A DNA stretch of 64,000 nt. Source: Candidatus Eiseniibacteriota bacterium. Lineage in GTDB: Bacteria; Eisenbacteria; RBG-16-71-46. The notes under the pieces were generated by a model that was not told where the DNA came from, searched no databases, and saw only the letters and a list, made by a program, of their open reading frames with translations. Within the stretch, counting starts at the first letter, position 1; each line of letters starts with the position of its first letter. The stretch covers positions 23,982 through 87,981 of the forward strand of contig JBBRLX010000015.1 in assembly GCA_038231135.1 (NCBI GenBank), read 5' to 3'. This document shows, piece by piece, positions 1 to 10,589 of this stretch. The position numbers and the translations under genes were made by a program.

Positions 1-985
1 TGAACGCCTGGAGCAGCTCGTCGCGGCTCAGGATCTCGCGGTCATCGCCCGGATGGAACCCCAGCAGCGCGAGATAGCTGAGCAGCGCCTCGGGAACGTA
101 GCCGTCGCGGCGCCAGTCGCCCACCGCGACCGCCGCCTCGCCCGAGCGCTTGCTCATCTTGGTGCGATCGCGGTTGAGGATCAGCGGCACGTGCGCGAAC
201 AGCGGCGGCTCGAGCCCGAACGCCGCGTACAGCATGAGCTGGCGCGGCGTGTTCGCGAGATGCTCCTCGGCGCGGATCACATGCGAGATGCGCATGTCGT
301 GGTCGTCCACGACGCACGCGAAGTTGTAGGTCGGCAGCCCGTTCGAGCGCATCAGCACGAAGTCGCCGACCATCCCTGGCGGGAACCGCACCTCGCCACG
401 CACCAAATCCGGTAATACCACTTCCGAGGCCGGCACCTCGAACCGGATGCTGGCGGCGAGGCCGCTGCCGATGCGCGCCTCGCGCTCGGCCCCCGTCAGC
501 CGCCGGCAGCGGCCGTCGTACTGCGGCGGCTGTCCGGCGGCGAGCGCCGCCTGGCGGCGGTCCTCGAGCTCGGCGTCGGTGCAGAAGCATGGATACGCGG
601 CCTCGCGGGCGAGCAGCCGGGTGACGCGCTCCCGATAGAGCTCGAACCGCTCGCTCTGGCGATAGGGGCCATGGGGGCCGCCGCGATCGGGGCCCTCGTC
701 CCAGTCGAGGCCGAGCCACGCGAGATCCCCCAGCACGCCTGCCTCGCTCGCGGACGTCGAGCGCGCGACGTCGGTGTCCTCGATGCGCAGCACCATCACG
801 CCGCGCGCCTGCCGGGCGAACAGCCAGTTGAAGTACGCCGTGCGGGCGCCACCCACGTGCAGCCAGCCGGTCGGGCTGGGCGCGAACCGCACCCGCACGT
901 GGCGGCCGGCCTCGTGGCCTCCGCCCGGCGCCGGCAGTGCCGCGGGTTCGCGCGGTCCCGGCCGGGCCGCCCCGGGCTCCGTCAC
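1..985 (-). CDS. gltX: Glutamate--tRNA ligase (5' part; runs off the window start)
   Basis: Manual translation of the - strand gives VRVRFAPSPTGWLHVGGARTAYFNWLF (HIGH-like motif), later DDHDMRISHVIRAEEHLANT and KMSKR. GTG start overlaps the ispF stop (GTGA). Not in the ORF track because it is open-ended. Confidence 0.93.
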   Translation of the reverse strand, partial: MTEPGAARPGPREPAALPAPGGGHEAGRHVRVRFAPSPTGWLHVGGARTAYFNWLFARQARGVMVLRIEDTDVARSTSASEAGVLGDLAWLGLDWDEGPDRGGPHGPYRQSERFELYRERVTRLLAREAAYPCFCTDAELEDRRQAALAAGQPPQYDGRCRRLTGAEREARIGSGLAASIRFEVPASEVVLPDLVRGEVRFPPGMVGDFVLMRSNGLPTYNFACVVDDHDMRISHVIRAEEHLANTPRQLMLYAAFGLEPPLFAHVPLILNRDRTKMSKRSGEAAVAVGDWRRDGYVPEALLSYLALLGFHPGDDREILSRDELLQAF

Positions 986-1461
986 GGAATCTCCACCATG
1001 GCGACCGCCATCGCGGCGAGCCCCTCGCGCCGTCCGATCGCGCCGATCGACTCGCTGGTGGTGGCCTTCACCGACACCTGGCCGTCGCCGATCTGGAGCG
1101 AGCGCGCGATGTTGATGCGCATGGTGTCGCGCACCCCCGCGATCTTCGGCTCCTCGGCGAGCAGCATCGCGTCCACGTTGACGACCGTGGCGTCGACGCC
1201 GTTGAGCAGCGAGCGGATCAGCCGCAGCAGCTCGATGCTCGACACGTCCCGCCAGCGCGGATCACCCGGCGGAAAGTGCTTGCCCAGATCGCCCAGCGCG
1301 GCAGCGCCGAGCAGCGCGTCGCCGATCGCGTGCGACAGCACATCGGCGTCGCTGTGCCCCTCGAGCCCCCAGTCGGTCTGGAACTTGACCCCGCCCAGCA
1401 CGAGCATGCGGCCCTGGGCGCGGCGATGGATGTCGTAGCCGATTCCGACGCGCAGCGGCAT
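982..1461 (-). CDS. ispF: 2-C-methyl-D-erythritol 2,4-cyclodiphosphate synthase
   Basis: RVGIGYDIH, GHSDADVLSHAIGDALLGA, VSVKATT motifs. Confidence 0.97.
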   Translation of the reverse strand: MPLRVGIGYDIHRRAQGRMLVLGGVKFQTDWGLEGHSDADVLSHAIGDALLGAAALGDLGKHFPPGDPRWRDVSSIELLRLIRSLLNGVDATVVNVDAMLLAEEPKIAGVRDTMRINIARSLQIGDGQVSVKATTSESIGAIGRREGLAAMAVAMVEIP

Positions 1462-1462
1462 G

Positions 1463-2143
1463 TCAGTGCCTCGCCTGAGTGGACGCGAGCCAGCTCTCGG
1501 CGAGCGCGAGGTCGGCGGGCATCGTGATCTTGAAGTTGAGCGGATCGCCGGACGTGATGCGCACCGGCCGGCCGAGCGCCTCGACCAGACCGGCGTCGTC
1601 GGTCGCGATACCGTGGGCCCCGGCGTGCGCCTCCTCCAGCCAGTCGCGCCGGAACACCTGCGGCGTCTGCACGCGCCACAGCCCGGCTCGCGGCACCGTG
1701 GCCTCGACCTGCATGAGCCGGACCCGCTTGATCGTGTCGTCGAGCGGCACGGCGGCGATCGCGGCGCCGTGCTCGAGCGCCTCGCCGATGCAGCGCGCGA
1801 TCAGCGCCGGCGTCACCAGCGCGCGCGCGCCGTCGTGCACCACCACCATGTCGAACTCGCGGGGCAGCGCGGCGAGCCCGCGCGCGACCGAATGCTGGCG
1901 CTCGGCACCGCCCGCGCACCAGCCGACGACGCGATCGGCCGCGAGCCCGGCGGCTGCCAGCGCGGGCTCGAGCTTCTTCGGATTGCCCACGACCACGATG
2001 CCCGCGATCGCGGGCGTGCGCTGCAGCGCCTCGAGCGCCCAGGCGAACAGCGGCCGGCCGGCAAGCGGCGCCAGCGCCTTGTCGACGCCCGCGGCCAGAC
2101 GCTCGCCACGTCCGGCGGCGAGCAGCAGCGCGCCCACACTCAT
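1463..2143 (-). CDS. ispD: 2-C-methyl-D-erythritol 4-phosphate cytidylyltransferase
   Basis: LLAAGRGERL..K, GGAERQHSV, VHDGAR, QTPQVF, TDDA, NFKIT; start trimmed to MSVGALL. Confidence 0.95.
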   Translation of the reverse strand: MSVGALLLAAGRGERLAAGVDKALAPLAGRPLFAWALEALQRTPAIAGIVVVGNPKKLEPALAAAGLAADRVVGWCAGGAERQHSVARGLAALPREFDMVVVHDGARALVTPALIARCIGEALEHGAAIAAVPLDDTIKRVRLMQVEATVPRAGLWRVQTPQVFRRDWLEEAHAGAHGIATDDAGLVEALGRPVRITSGDPLNFKITMPADLALAESWLASTQARH

Positions 2144-2216
2144 GCCACGTCCACGACGCGGCCCCGCCCGGCGCTCGCGCTCAGCGGCCGCGCCGGGTTC
2201 GATCCCGCGGCCGCCG

Positions 2217-3665
2217 TCATCGGGCCGTCCCCGCCGCGGCCGGCTCCGGGGTGCGGCGCGCGCCGAGCACGAGATCGATGCACTCGCGCACGTGCACCGC
2301 GGAGACGATCTCGACCCCGGCGACGCGCACCTCGGACGCCTGCGGCGCGGGCACCACCGCGCGCACGAACCCGAGCTGCGCGGCCTCGCGCACGCGCAGC
2401 TCGAGGCGCGGCACCCGGCGTAACTGCCCCGACAGCGACACCTCGCCCACCAGCAGCGTGCGATCGAGCACCGGCCGCGCGAGGAACGACGACGCCACCG
2501 CGAGCGCCACGCCCAGGTCGGTGCCCGGCTCGTCGAGCTTGAGCCCGCCCGTGACGGTGACGAACACGTCGTGGCGGCCGAGCTTGAGCCGTACACGCCG
2601 CTCGAGCACCGCGAGCAGCACCGCGAGCCGCTTCTGATCGAGCCCGCTCGTCACCCGCTGGGGAACGCCGTAGAACGACGTCGACACCAGCGCCTGCACC
2701 TCGACCAGCAGCGGGCGCGTGCCTTCGAGACTCGCGACCACCGCCGAGCCCGGCTCGGGGCCGCGGGTCTCGGACAGGAACGCGGCGCTGGGGTTCGCGA
2801 CGCCGGCGAGCCCCGACTCCATCATCTCGAACACGCCGAGCTCGTGCGTCGAGCCGAACCGGTTCTTCGCGGCGCGCAGCGTGCGGTAGTGCTGGTAGCG
2901 CTCGCCCTCGAGGTAGAGCACGGCGTCGACCATGTGCTCGAGCACCCGCGGGCCGGCGACCGCGCCGTCCTTCGTGACGTGGCCGACGAGGAACACGCTG
3001 GGACCGCCGCTCTTCGCCAGGTGCATCAGCGCGAGCCCGCATTCGCGCACCTGCGTGACCGAGCCCGGACCGCCGTCGAGGTCGGCGCGCGACAGCGTCT
3101 GGATCGAGTCCACGATCAGCACGTCGGGCTTCACCGCGGCCGCGGCCTCGAGGATCGCCTCCACGTCGGTCTCGCACAGGATCAGGAGCGAAGGCGGAAT
3201 CGCCCCCACGCGCTCGGCGCGCATGCGGATCTGCTCCTCGCTCTCCTCGCCCGACACCACGAGCACCGATCGCCCGGCGGCGCCGATCGCCATCGCGAGC
3301 TGGAGCAGCAGCGTGCTCTTGCCGATGCCGGGATCCCCGCCCACCAGCACCAGCGAACCCGCGACGATGCCGCCGCCGAGCACGCGATCGAACTCGGCGA
3401 CCCCGGTGGGCTCGCGCGGCGTGTCGCGGACCGTGACGTCGGCGAGCGGCCGCGGAATTTTGGGACCGCCGCCCGCGGCGGCGGCGGCGCCGGGCGCCCA
3501 GCGGGCGCGCGTCCCCGTGCCGGCGGCGCCGGCGGGCGGCGCCTCGACCGCGGTGTTCCACTCGCCGCACGCCGTGCAGCGGCCGAACCAGCGCGACGCG
3601 TCGTTGCCGCACTGCGAGCAGTAGAAATGGGGCTTTGCGGCCTTGGCCGGCTTCGTGGATTTCAT
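2217..3665 (-). CDS. radA: DNA repair protein RadA/Sms
   Basis: N-terminal C4 zinc finger, GGDPGIGKSTLLLQ, KNRFG motif, Lon-like C-terminus. Confidence 0.97.
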   Translation of the reverse strand: MKSTKPAKAAKPHFYCSQCGNDASRWFGRCTACGEWNTAVEAPPAGAAGTGTRARWAPGAAAAAGGGPKIPRPLADVTVRDTPREPTGVAEFDRVLGGGIVAGSLVLVGGDPGIGKSTLLLQLAMAIGAAGRSVLVVSGEESEEQIRMRAERVGAIPPSLLILCETDVEAILEAAAAVKPDVLIVDSIQTLSRADLDGGPGSVTQVRECGLALMHLAKSGGPSVFLVGHVTKDGAVAGPRVLEHMVDAVLYLEGERYQHYRTLRAAKNRFGSTHELGVFEMMESGLAGVANPSAAFLSETRGPEPGSAVVASLEGTRPLLVEVQALVSTSFYGVPQRVTSGLDQKRLAVLLAVLERRVRLKLGRHDVFVTVTGGLKLDEPGTDLGVALAVASSFLARPVLDRTLLVGEVSLSGQLRRVPRLELRVREAAQLGFVRAVVPAPQASEVRVAGVEIVSAVHVRECIDLVLGARRTPEPAAAGTAR

Positions 3666-3703
3666 TTAGTCCCGGGCGGGGCAGGTGCCGCGCGCGGCGG
3701 CCA

Positions 3704-4597
3704 TCAGAAGATGCTGATCTTGAGATACTTTTTCGGATTCCGCTTCACGTCCTCGATCAGCGACTGGAGCGACTTCACCGAGCTGTTGAGCTCGTTGTAC
3801 AGCTGCTCGTCGTTCACGAGCTTGCCCAGCGTGCCGTGCCCCTTGTCGACGCGCTCCGCCACCGACTGGATCACGATGCGCAGCGAATCGAGCCGGGAGG
3901 TCATGCGGTCGAGGTTCGCGGCGGCGTGGCTGAAGTGGTCCAGCGATTCCTTGAGCTGGGCCTCGCGATCCGACGTGAGGTGCTTCGTGGTCGCCGACGC
4001 GGCGGAGAAGTTCTGCAGCGTGGAACCGAGCGCCTTGCGGTTCTCGCTCACCATCTCACGCAGCTCCTCGCTGGTCTTGGAAAAATTGCGCACCGTATTC
4101 GACAACCGGTCGTCCCGGGCCAGCGAATCGGCCATCCGCTTGAACTGCTTCGAAACCGATCCCACCGCGTCGACCGTGCCGCCCATCTGGCCCATCATCT
4201 CGCCGGGACCGGGCTCGAAGACTCCCTGCACGATCTCGCCGGGCGCATACGGCCGCCCGGTCATGAGCAGGTCGATCGAGATCTGCCGCTCGCCCATCAG
4301 GCCCACGTTGCGGATCGCGACGCGCGAGTCGGTGGTGACCACCACGTCGCGGGAGATCTGCATGTCGACCTCCACGTGGTCGCCGACCAGGCGCACGTCC
4401 TTCACCGCGCCCTTGCGCAGCCCGTTCACGTCGACCGGCGCGCCCTTGGCGATTTCGCCGGCCTGCGAGAACTGCACGCGGTAGACACGCGAGTCGTGCT
4501 GAATCGACCAGTCCTTGAGCCATGCCACGCCCAGGATCATGATCAGGATCGCGCCCACGACCGTGAGGCCCACCTGGATTTCGGTCCTGCGACTCAA
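3704..4597 (-). CDS. mlaD: MlaD/MCE-family substrate-binding protein
   Basis: N-terminal TM (EIQVGLTVVG), MCE domain, helical tail ending NPKKYLKISIF; TTG start behind GGAGGAG. Confidence 0.85.
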   Translation of the reverse strand: MSRRTEIQVGLTVVGAILIMILGVAWLKDWSIQHDSRVYRVQFSQAGEIAKGAPVDVNGLRKGAVKDVRLVGDHVEVDMQISRDVVVTTDSRVAIRNVGLMGERQISIDLLMTGRPYAPGEIVQGVFEPGPGEMMGQMGGTVDAVGSVSKQFKRMADSLARDDRLSNTVRNFSKTSEELREMVSENRKALGSTLQNFSAASATTKHLTSDREAQLKESLDHFSHAAANLDRMTSRLDSLRIVIQSVAERVDKGHGTLGKLVNDEQLYNELNSSVKSLQSLIEDVKRNPKKYLKISIF

Positions 4598-4682
4598 GTG
4601 CACTCCTCCCTGGTTCCGTGCGCCCGCCCGGCGGCGGCGCGGGCACGGCAGCACGCATCCTGCGCGACCCAACGTGTTCGCA

Positions 4683-5429
4683 TCATACCGGCTGGATCGG
4701 TCCGTCGCTCGACCCGTCCATGAACTGCTTCAGGTACGGGTTGTCGGTGTGACGGGCCTCGTCGGCGGTGCCGGAAAATACCACCTTTCCCTGGTACAGC
4801 ATCGCCATGCGGTTCGCCACCTTGAACGCGCTCCCCAGGTCGTGGGTCACGACGAGCGAGGTGACGTTGAGCCGCTCCTGCAGATTTCGGATGAGCAGGT
4901 CGATGACGTCGGCGGTGATCGGATCGAGGCCGGTCGTGGGCTCGTCGTACAGCATGAACTGCGGGTCCATCACGATCGCCCGCGCGAGCCCGACCCGCTT
5001 GCGCATGCCGCCCGACAGCGACGACGGCTTCGAGTTCTCGATATTCTTGAGCCCGACCCACTCCAGCCGCTCCGCGACGCGCTGGGTGATCTGCTCCTCC
5101 GTCCAACGCTTGTGCTGGCGGAGCGCGAACGCCACGTTCTCGCCGACCGACATCGAGTCGAACAGCGCCGAGCCCTGAAACAGCATGCCGAACCGCCGCC
5201 GCACCACGTTGAGCTCGCTCTCGCGGCGGCCGACGATCTCCTCGCCGTCGACCTGGATCGAGCCGGCGTCGGCGTCCATCAGGCCCACGATGTGTTTCAG
5301 CAGCACGCTCTTGCCGGTGCCGCTCGGCCCCAGCACCACGAGCGTTTCGCCGGTCTTGATGTCGAGATCGACGCCGTCCAGCACCTGTCTCGTGCCGAGC
5401 CGCTTCTTGAGACCGCGGATCTCGATCAT
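4683..5429 (-). CDS. mlaF: MlaF-like ABC transporter ATP-binding protein
   Basis: GPSGTGKS, FQGSALFDSM, LSGGMRKRVGLARA, YDEPTTGLDP. Confidence 0.93.
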   Translation of the reverse strand: MIEIRGLKKRLGTRQVLDGVDLDIKTGETLVVLGPSGTGKSVLLKHIVGLMDADAGSIQVDGEEIVGRRESELNVVRRRFGMLFQGSALFDSMSVGENVAFALRQHKRWTEEQITQRVAERLEWVGLKNIENSKPSSLSGGMRKRVGLARAIVMDPQFMLYDEPTTGLDPITADVIDLLIRNLQERLNVTSLVVTHDLGSAFKVANRMAMLYQGKVVFSGTADEARHTDNPYLKQFMDGSSDGPIQPV

Positions 5430-5478
5430 CTCGGTCCCCGCTCAGCCGGACACGGCACGCCGGACGGGTTCGTCACGG

Positions 5479-6288
5479 TCAATCCCGGAAGATGACGCGG
5501 AACAGCACGGTCGCGAGCACGTAGTCGGTGACGAGCACCAGCACGCACGACGACACCACCGCCTTCGTGGTCGCGCCGCCCACACCCTCGGCGCCGCCCT
5601 CCGTGGCGAAGCCGAAATAGCAGCCCATGGTGGCGATGATGTTCCCGAACACGAACGCCTTGAGCAGACCCGACATGATGTCCTTCATGAAGAAGAAATC
5701 CTTGAGCCCCTGGACGTAGGTGGCGGGCGGCACGCCCACCGACAGCACGGCCACCACGAAGCCGCCGAACACCGCGATCGCGTCGGCGAACACGACGATC
5801 ACGGGCAGCATCAGCGTGGCCGCGATCACGCGCGGCACGATCAGCACGCGGATCGGGTTCACGCCCATGGCGCGCATCGCGTCGATCTGCTCGGTGACCT
5901 TCATGCTGCCGAGCTCGGCGGCAATCGAGGCGCCGACGCGGCCGCCCACGACGAGCGCCGTCAGCACCGGGCCGAGCTCGATCACCGTCGAGCGCAGGAT
6001 GACGGCGCTCAGGAACTTGAGCGGCACGACCGCCGTGAACTGATACGCGGCCTGCACCGCGGCGACGGCGCCCGTGAACAGTGCCACGACGATCACCAGG
6101 CTCAGCGAGCCCACGCCGATCGCGTTCATCTGCTCGAGGATCAGGCTGAACGGCGGGACGCGGCCGAGCGACGACCGGACCATGTCGCCATACATCATCG
6201 TGACGCGGCCGACGAGGGCGGCACCCTCGAGCGCACGGTCGACGATGAGCGAGGCTCCGCCATTGCGGGCGACCGACGTCGAGCTCAA
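5479..6288 (-). CDS. mlaE: MlaE-like ABC transporter permease
   Basis: IELGPVLTALVVGGRVGASIAAELGSMKVTEQIDAM, GGAEGVG.ATT.AVV; start uncertain (TTG overlapping the dnaB stop chosen). Confidence 0.9.
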   Translation of the reverse strand: MSSTSVARNGGASLIVDRALEGAALVGRVTMMYGDMVRSSLGRVPPFSLILEQMNAIGVGSLSLVIVVALFTGAVAAVQAAYQFTAVVPLKFLSAVILRSTVIELGPVLTALVVGGRVGASIAAELGSMKVTEQIDAMRAMGVNPIRVLIVPRVIAATLMLPVIVVFADAIAVFGGFVVAVLSVGVPPATYVQGLKDFFFMKDIMSGLLKAFVFGNIIATMGCYFGFATEGGAEGVGGATTKAVVSSCVLVLVTDYVLATVLFRVIFRD

Positions 6289-8228
6289 AAGTCGGGCTCC
6301 GTCTCGCCCGGCATCATCGGGCTGTAGGGCACGAACTTCGTGCACTCGCGCAGGAACGTGAGATCGATGTCGCCGGTGGGGCCGTTGCGCTGCTTGGCGA
6401 TCAGGATCTGCGCCTTGAGCGGCTCGGGCGTGTCGCGCTTGTAGACCACTTCGCGGTACACGAACATCACGAGATCCGCGTCCTGTTCGATGCTGTTGTG
6501 GGCGACGATCCCGTTCGCGACGAAGTTGTGGCTGCCCGGCACCGTGGCATCGAACACCTCCTCCGTACCCACCGGCTCGATCGAGGCGATCGCGTCCCAC
6601 ACCACACCAACGGGTGCGGCGAGGGGCGCACTCGCGAGCAATGTACCACCGGCCCCGGCGCCCTGGGCAGCGCCCCCGAACGACCCGGTCGCGATCGTTG
6701 CGGCCGGCGCCACGGCGTAACGGGCGGCGGAGCCCGCGGCCGCCGGCGTGATGGCGAGGTTCGTTCCCGGCGCGAGATCGCCCAGCGCCTTCCAGCCGCC
6801 GGGCGTCATGAACGGGTGATTGGCGCTGGCCGTGACGCACCGCCCGGAGGCGAGCCGCAACTCGAACACCGGCTTCTGGCCGTTCGAGAACACGTGGGTC
6901 ATCACCCGGCGCTCGAGGCCGCCGCCCGGGACCATCGACCACACCGGAATGCCGCGCTCGCGCCGCTCGAACAGCTCGCGCATCGTGACTTCGGTCCCGT
7001 CGGCGCGCAGCACGCGCGTGGCGCCGGTCAGGCAGCCGGACTCGCGCAGGTCGGACAGCTGCGGGCGGCCGGTCTTGTCGCGGGTCTCCACCGCGCGCGA
7101 CAGCTGCGACAGCGCGATGATCGGCGCGTTGAGCTCCTTCGCCAGCGCCTTGAGATTCCGCGTGATCTGCGAGATCTCCTGCACGCGGTTCTCGGACTGG
7201 CCGCTGGAGCGGATCAGCTGCAGATAGTCGATCACCACGAGCCCCAGCCGGCCCTCGGACTTGAGCCGGCGGCACTTCGCGCGGATCTCCATGACCGTCA
7301 CCATCGGCGAATCGTCGATCACGATCGGCGCCGACTGCAGCAGCCCCGCCGCGGTGGTGAGCCGCGGCCAGTCCTCGTTCGCGAGGTAGCCGTTGCGGAC
7401 CTTGTGGAGCGGCACCTCGCTCTGCGAGCACAGCAGGCGCTGCACCAGCTGCTCCTTGCTCATTTCGAGCGAGAAGATCGCCACCGGCACCGCGATGCGG
7501 TTGCGCTCCCGTGGGATCGCCGCGTTCTCGGCGATGTTGAGCGCGAAGCTGGTCTTTCCCATCGAGGGGCGGCCGGCGATGATGATGAGGTCGCTGGCCT
7601 GGAACCCGGCGGTCTTCTGGTCGAGATCGTCGTAGCCCGACGGCACGCCGGTCACCGACGCCTTGCGCTCGAACAGCTGCTGGATGTGCTCGAACGCGGG
7701 CTTCAGCAGATCGCGCAGCGGCACGAACCCCTGCCGCACGCGCTGATCGGTGATCTGGAAGATGCGCTGCTCCGCGCGATCGAGGATCTCGGTGGTCTCC
7801 TCGCCCGCGGAATAGCACTCCTGCTGGATCTCGTTCGTGCTGTTGATCAGCGAGCGCAGGATGAACTTGGAGTGCACGATCCGCACGTGCTGCTCGAGGT
7901 TCGCCGACGTGGTGCCGGACTCGAACAGCTGACCGATCGCCGCCGGCCCGCCGATCGCCTCGAGATCGCCGCGCTTGCGCAGCTCCTCGGTGAGCGTGAC
8001 CACGTCCGGGCGCTCGTTGCGATTGTAGAGCGCCACCACCGCCGCGAAGATGCGCTGGTGCGCCACGCGATAGAACGCGGTGGCGTCGATCAACTCGATC
8101 GCGCGGCCCACCGCCTCGGGGTCGAGCAGCACCGCCGCCAGCACGGCGCGCTCGGCTTCGATCGCCTGGGGCGGAACCGGTCCGCCGGAAACGGGGGGCG
8201 ATGTCGATCGCGACAGGGTCTCGGTCAC
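6285..8228 (-). CDS. dnaB: Replicative DNA helicase DnaB containing an intein
   Basis: PPQAIEAERAVL, AGRPSMGKT, VIDYLQL, LSQLSR, DLRESG|intein|SIEQDAD, KQRNGPTG. Confidence 0.97.
   Translation of the reverse strand: MTETLSRSTSPPVSGGPVPPQAIEAERAVLAAVLLDPEAVGRAIELIDATAFYRVAHQRIFAAVVALYNRNERPDVVTLTEELRKRGDLEAIGGPAAIGQLFESGTTSANLEQHVRIVHSKFILRSLINSTNEIQQECYSAGEETTEILDRAEQRIFQITDQRVRQGFVPLRDLLKPAFEHIQQLFERKASVTGVPSGYDDLDQKTAGFQASDLIIIAGRPSMGKTSFALNIAENAAIPRERNRIAVPVAIFSLEMSKEQLVQRLLCSQSEVPLHKVRNGYLANEDWPRLTTAAGLLQSAPIVIDDSPMVTVMEIRAKCRRLKSEGRLGLVVIDYLQLIRSSGQSENRVQEISQITRNLKALAKELNAPIIALSQLSRAVETRDKTGRPQLSDLRESGCLTGATRVLRADGTEVTMRELFERRERGIPVWSMVPGGGLERRVMTHVFSNGQKPVFELRLASGRCVTASANHPFMTPGGWKALGDLAPGTNLAITPAAAGSAARYAVAPAATIATGSFGGAAQGAGAGGTLLASAPLAAPVGVVWDAIASIEPVGTEEVFDATVPGSHNFVANGIVAHNSIEQDADLVMFVYREVVYKRDTPEPLKAQILIAKQRNGPTGDIDLTFLRECTKFVPYSPMMPGETEPDF
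6495..7034 (-). mobile_element. Mini-intein (180 aa) in DnaB, no homing endonuclease
   Basis: Begins CLTGATRV, block B TASANHPF, ends HNFVANGIVAHN followed by Ser; inserted at RESG/SIEQ. Confidence 0.95.
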
Positions 8229-8312
8229 GGCGGATCCTTCCGGTGCATCACACAATGTCGTTCGACGGTTCGCGGCCGCTTCACGCCGGTGGGCGGGGGC
8301 CTCGCGGGGGCG

Positions 8313-9272
8313 CTACCTTACACCCTGGGCCAGGTATTCACGAGCGAGAAGCTGCATGTCCTCCCACACCGGGCGTTTGTAATTGGGGTTCCTCAGGCAT
8401 GCCGCCGGATGGTAGGTGACGATCAGCTTGGCGCCCTGATAGCGGTACACCTTGCCGCGCAATCCCGCGATCGTGCCTTTCACGCCGACGAGCAGCTCGG
8501 CCGCGAATTTCCCCAGGCAGCAGATCACGCGCGGCTTCAGAACTTCGAGCTGGCGGCGCAGATAGGGCGAGCACATCTCGATCTCGTTCGGCAGCGGATT
8601 GCGGTTCTCGGGCGGCCGGCACTTGAGCACGTTGCAGATGTAGACCGAATCGCGGTCGAGCGGGACGCCCGGAATGAGCTGCTTGTCGTCCATCCCCTTG
8701 ATGATCTGGGTCAGCAGCTGGCCGGCGCGCCCCACGAACGGCTCGCCCCGCGCATCCTCGTCGGCGCCCGGCGCCTCGCCCACGAACACGATGCCGCTGC
8801 GCGCCGAACCCACGCCGGGCACGGCGTTCGTCCGGGTCTCGCACAGTCCGCACTTGCGGCACGCGCGCGCGGTCGCGGCGATCTCGTCGAGCACCGGCAG
8901 CGCCGCCGCGTGATACGCCATGCGCTCCGTGACGTCGATCGAGTGGAGCTCGGGATGGACGGGCGGGAGTTGGAACGTGGGCGTGGCGGCAACGGGCGCG
9001 TCTGCAACGGCCGCGGCCGCGACGGGTGCTGCGAACAACGACGAGGAATCGGTCGCGGGCGCCGGCCGGGGCGCGGTCGCAGCGATCGTCGCCACCGCCG
9101 GCGCCGCCGCCGCCCGCGCTTCGATCCGCGCCGTGAAGCGCGCATCCAGCCGGGCGACCGCCGCCGACTGATTCAGCAGTTCGCCGGTGCCGGCGCTGCG
9201 CTCGCGTTCGAGGTAGCGGCGCAGCGTGGCCGTGATGTCGGCCAGCTCCTCGTGAGGATTCCGTTCGCTCAT
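8313..9272 (-). CDS. Uracil-DNA glycosylase family 4 (4Fe-4S)
   Basis: [45 protein letters not shown]; Ala-rich N-terminal extension. Confidence 0.93.
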   Translation of the reverse strand: MSERNPHEELADITATLRRYLERERSAGTGELLNQSAAVARLDARFTARIEARAAAAPAVATIAATAPRPAPATDSSSLFAAPVAAAAVADAPVAATPTFQLPPVHPELHSIDVTERMAYHAAALPVLDEIAATARACRKCGLCETRTNAVPGVGSARSGIVFVGEAPGADEDARGEPFVGRAGQLLTQIIKGMDDKQLIPGVPLDRDSVYICNVLKCRPPENRNPLPNEIEMCSPYLRRQLEVLKPRVICCLGKFAAELLVGVKGTIAGLRGKVYRYQGAKLIVTYHPAACLRNPNYKRPVWEDMQLLAREYLAQGVR

Positions 9273-10558
9273 GTGCGCTGCCCTTTCGCGGCCCGTGTGC
9301 GGCCCGCGCCACCGCGCGCCGTCCGGGTGCCAGGCTTCAAGCTCCGCAGCTCGAGGATGCGCGCGAACACGAGGTCGGCGACCTCGCGTTTCGACATCTC
9401 GGGCAGCCGCTTCGCGGACCTGGCTTCGACCAGCGTGACCTTGTTGGTGTCGCCTCCCAGGGCGTCGGCGGGATCGTTCAGCACGATCACGTCCACCCCC
9501 TTGGCGCGGAGCTTCGTGCGCGCGCGGCGCACGCCGTCCGAGGTTTCGAGCGCGAATCCTACCAGCACCTGGCCCGGCCGGCGCGCCGCGCCGATCGCGG
9601 CGAGGATGTCGGGGTTGGGCTCGAGCTCGAGCGTGCGCGTTGCATCGGCGCGCTTGAGCTTCTCCCGCGCCGGCTTCGCGGCCCGGTAGTCGGCGACCGC
9701 CGCGGCCATGACGACGGCGTCCGCGCCCCGCGCCTCGGCCGCCATCGCGGCCGCCATCTCGATGGCGGTGCGCACCGCGATCACGCGCACGCCGCCCGGC
9801 GGTCCGACATCCGTGGGACCCGTGACGAGTGTGACCTCGGCGCCGCGATCGCGCGCGGCTTCGGCGAGCGCCATTCCCATGCGGCCGCTCGAGCGGTTCG
9901 TGAGCACGCGCACCGGATCGATCGGCTCCTCGGTGCGACCGGCGCCGACGAGCACGCGCACGCCGGTCATCGAGCCGCGATACGCCAGCGAGCGTTCGAC
10001 CGCGTCCGCGATGACGTCGATCTCGGCCAGCCGCCCGGGTCCGACGAGTCCCGAGGCGAGCGGCCCGTCCGCCGGGCCCACGAGGATCACTCCCCGGCGC
10101 CGCAGCACGGCGAGATTCTCGACCGTCGCCGGATGGCGCCACATCTCGACGTCCATCGCCGGGCACACGATCAGCGGCACGCGGCACGCGAGCGCGATCG
10201 CGGTGAGCGCGTCCGGCGCTTCGCCGTGCACCAGCCGCGCGATCAGGTTCGCCGTCGCCGGAGCGATCACCAGCGCGTCCACGGCCTCGGCGAGATCGAC
10301 GTGCCCGACCTTGCCCCCCATGCGCGCGCGCACGCGATCGGGCAGCTCGAATCGCGGCGCCTGGTCACCCCACAGGCTCGTGACCACCGGGTTCCCCGAC
10401 AACGTCTGGAACGTGAGCGGCGTCACGAACTCCGTCGCGGCGGGCGTCATCACCACCACGACGTGAGCCCCGCGCTGGCGCAGCCGTCGCACCAGTTCGC
10501 AAGCCTTGTAGGCGGCAATGCCGCCGGACACGCCGACCAGCACGGCGCGTTCCGACAA
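9269..10558 (-). CDS. coaBC: Phosphopantothenoylcysteine decarboxylase / phosphopantothenate--cysteine ligase
   Basis: GVSGGIAAYKA, APATAN, PAMD..MW, EPIDPVR.LTNRSSGRMG, AAVADY, VGFALET. Confidence 0.96.
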   Translation of the reverse strand: MSERAVLVGVSGGIAAYKACELVRRLRQRGAHVVVVMTPAATEFVTPLTFQTLSGNPVVTSLWGDQAPRFELPDRVRARMGGKVGHVDLAEAVDALVIAPATANLIARLVHGEAPDALTAIALACRVPLIVCPAMDVEMWRHPATVENLAVLRRRGVILVGPADGPLASGLVGPGRLAEIDVIADAVERSLAYRGSMTGVRVLVGAGRTEEPIDPVRVLTNRSSGRMGMALAEAARDRGAEVTLVTGPTDVGPPGGVRVIAVRTAIEMAAAMAAEARGADAVVMAAAVADYRAAKPAREKLKRADATRTLELEPNPDILAAIGAARRPGQVLVGFALETSDGVRRARTKLRAKGVDVIVLNDPADALGGDTNKVTLVEARSAKRLPEMSKREVADLVFARILELRSLKPGTRTARGGAGRTRAAKGQRT

Positions 10559-10589
10559 CGGCGCCGTCCGTGGCGATGGGGACCCGCCG

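Noticed and set aside
6498..9689. Very long + strand ORFs (1063 aa here, 1343 aa at 30928-34959, and many others)
   Set aside because: Antisense shadows of real - strand genes in high-GC DNA; Arg/Ala-rich with no motifs.
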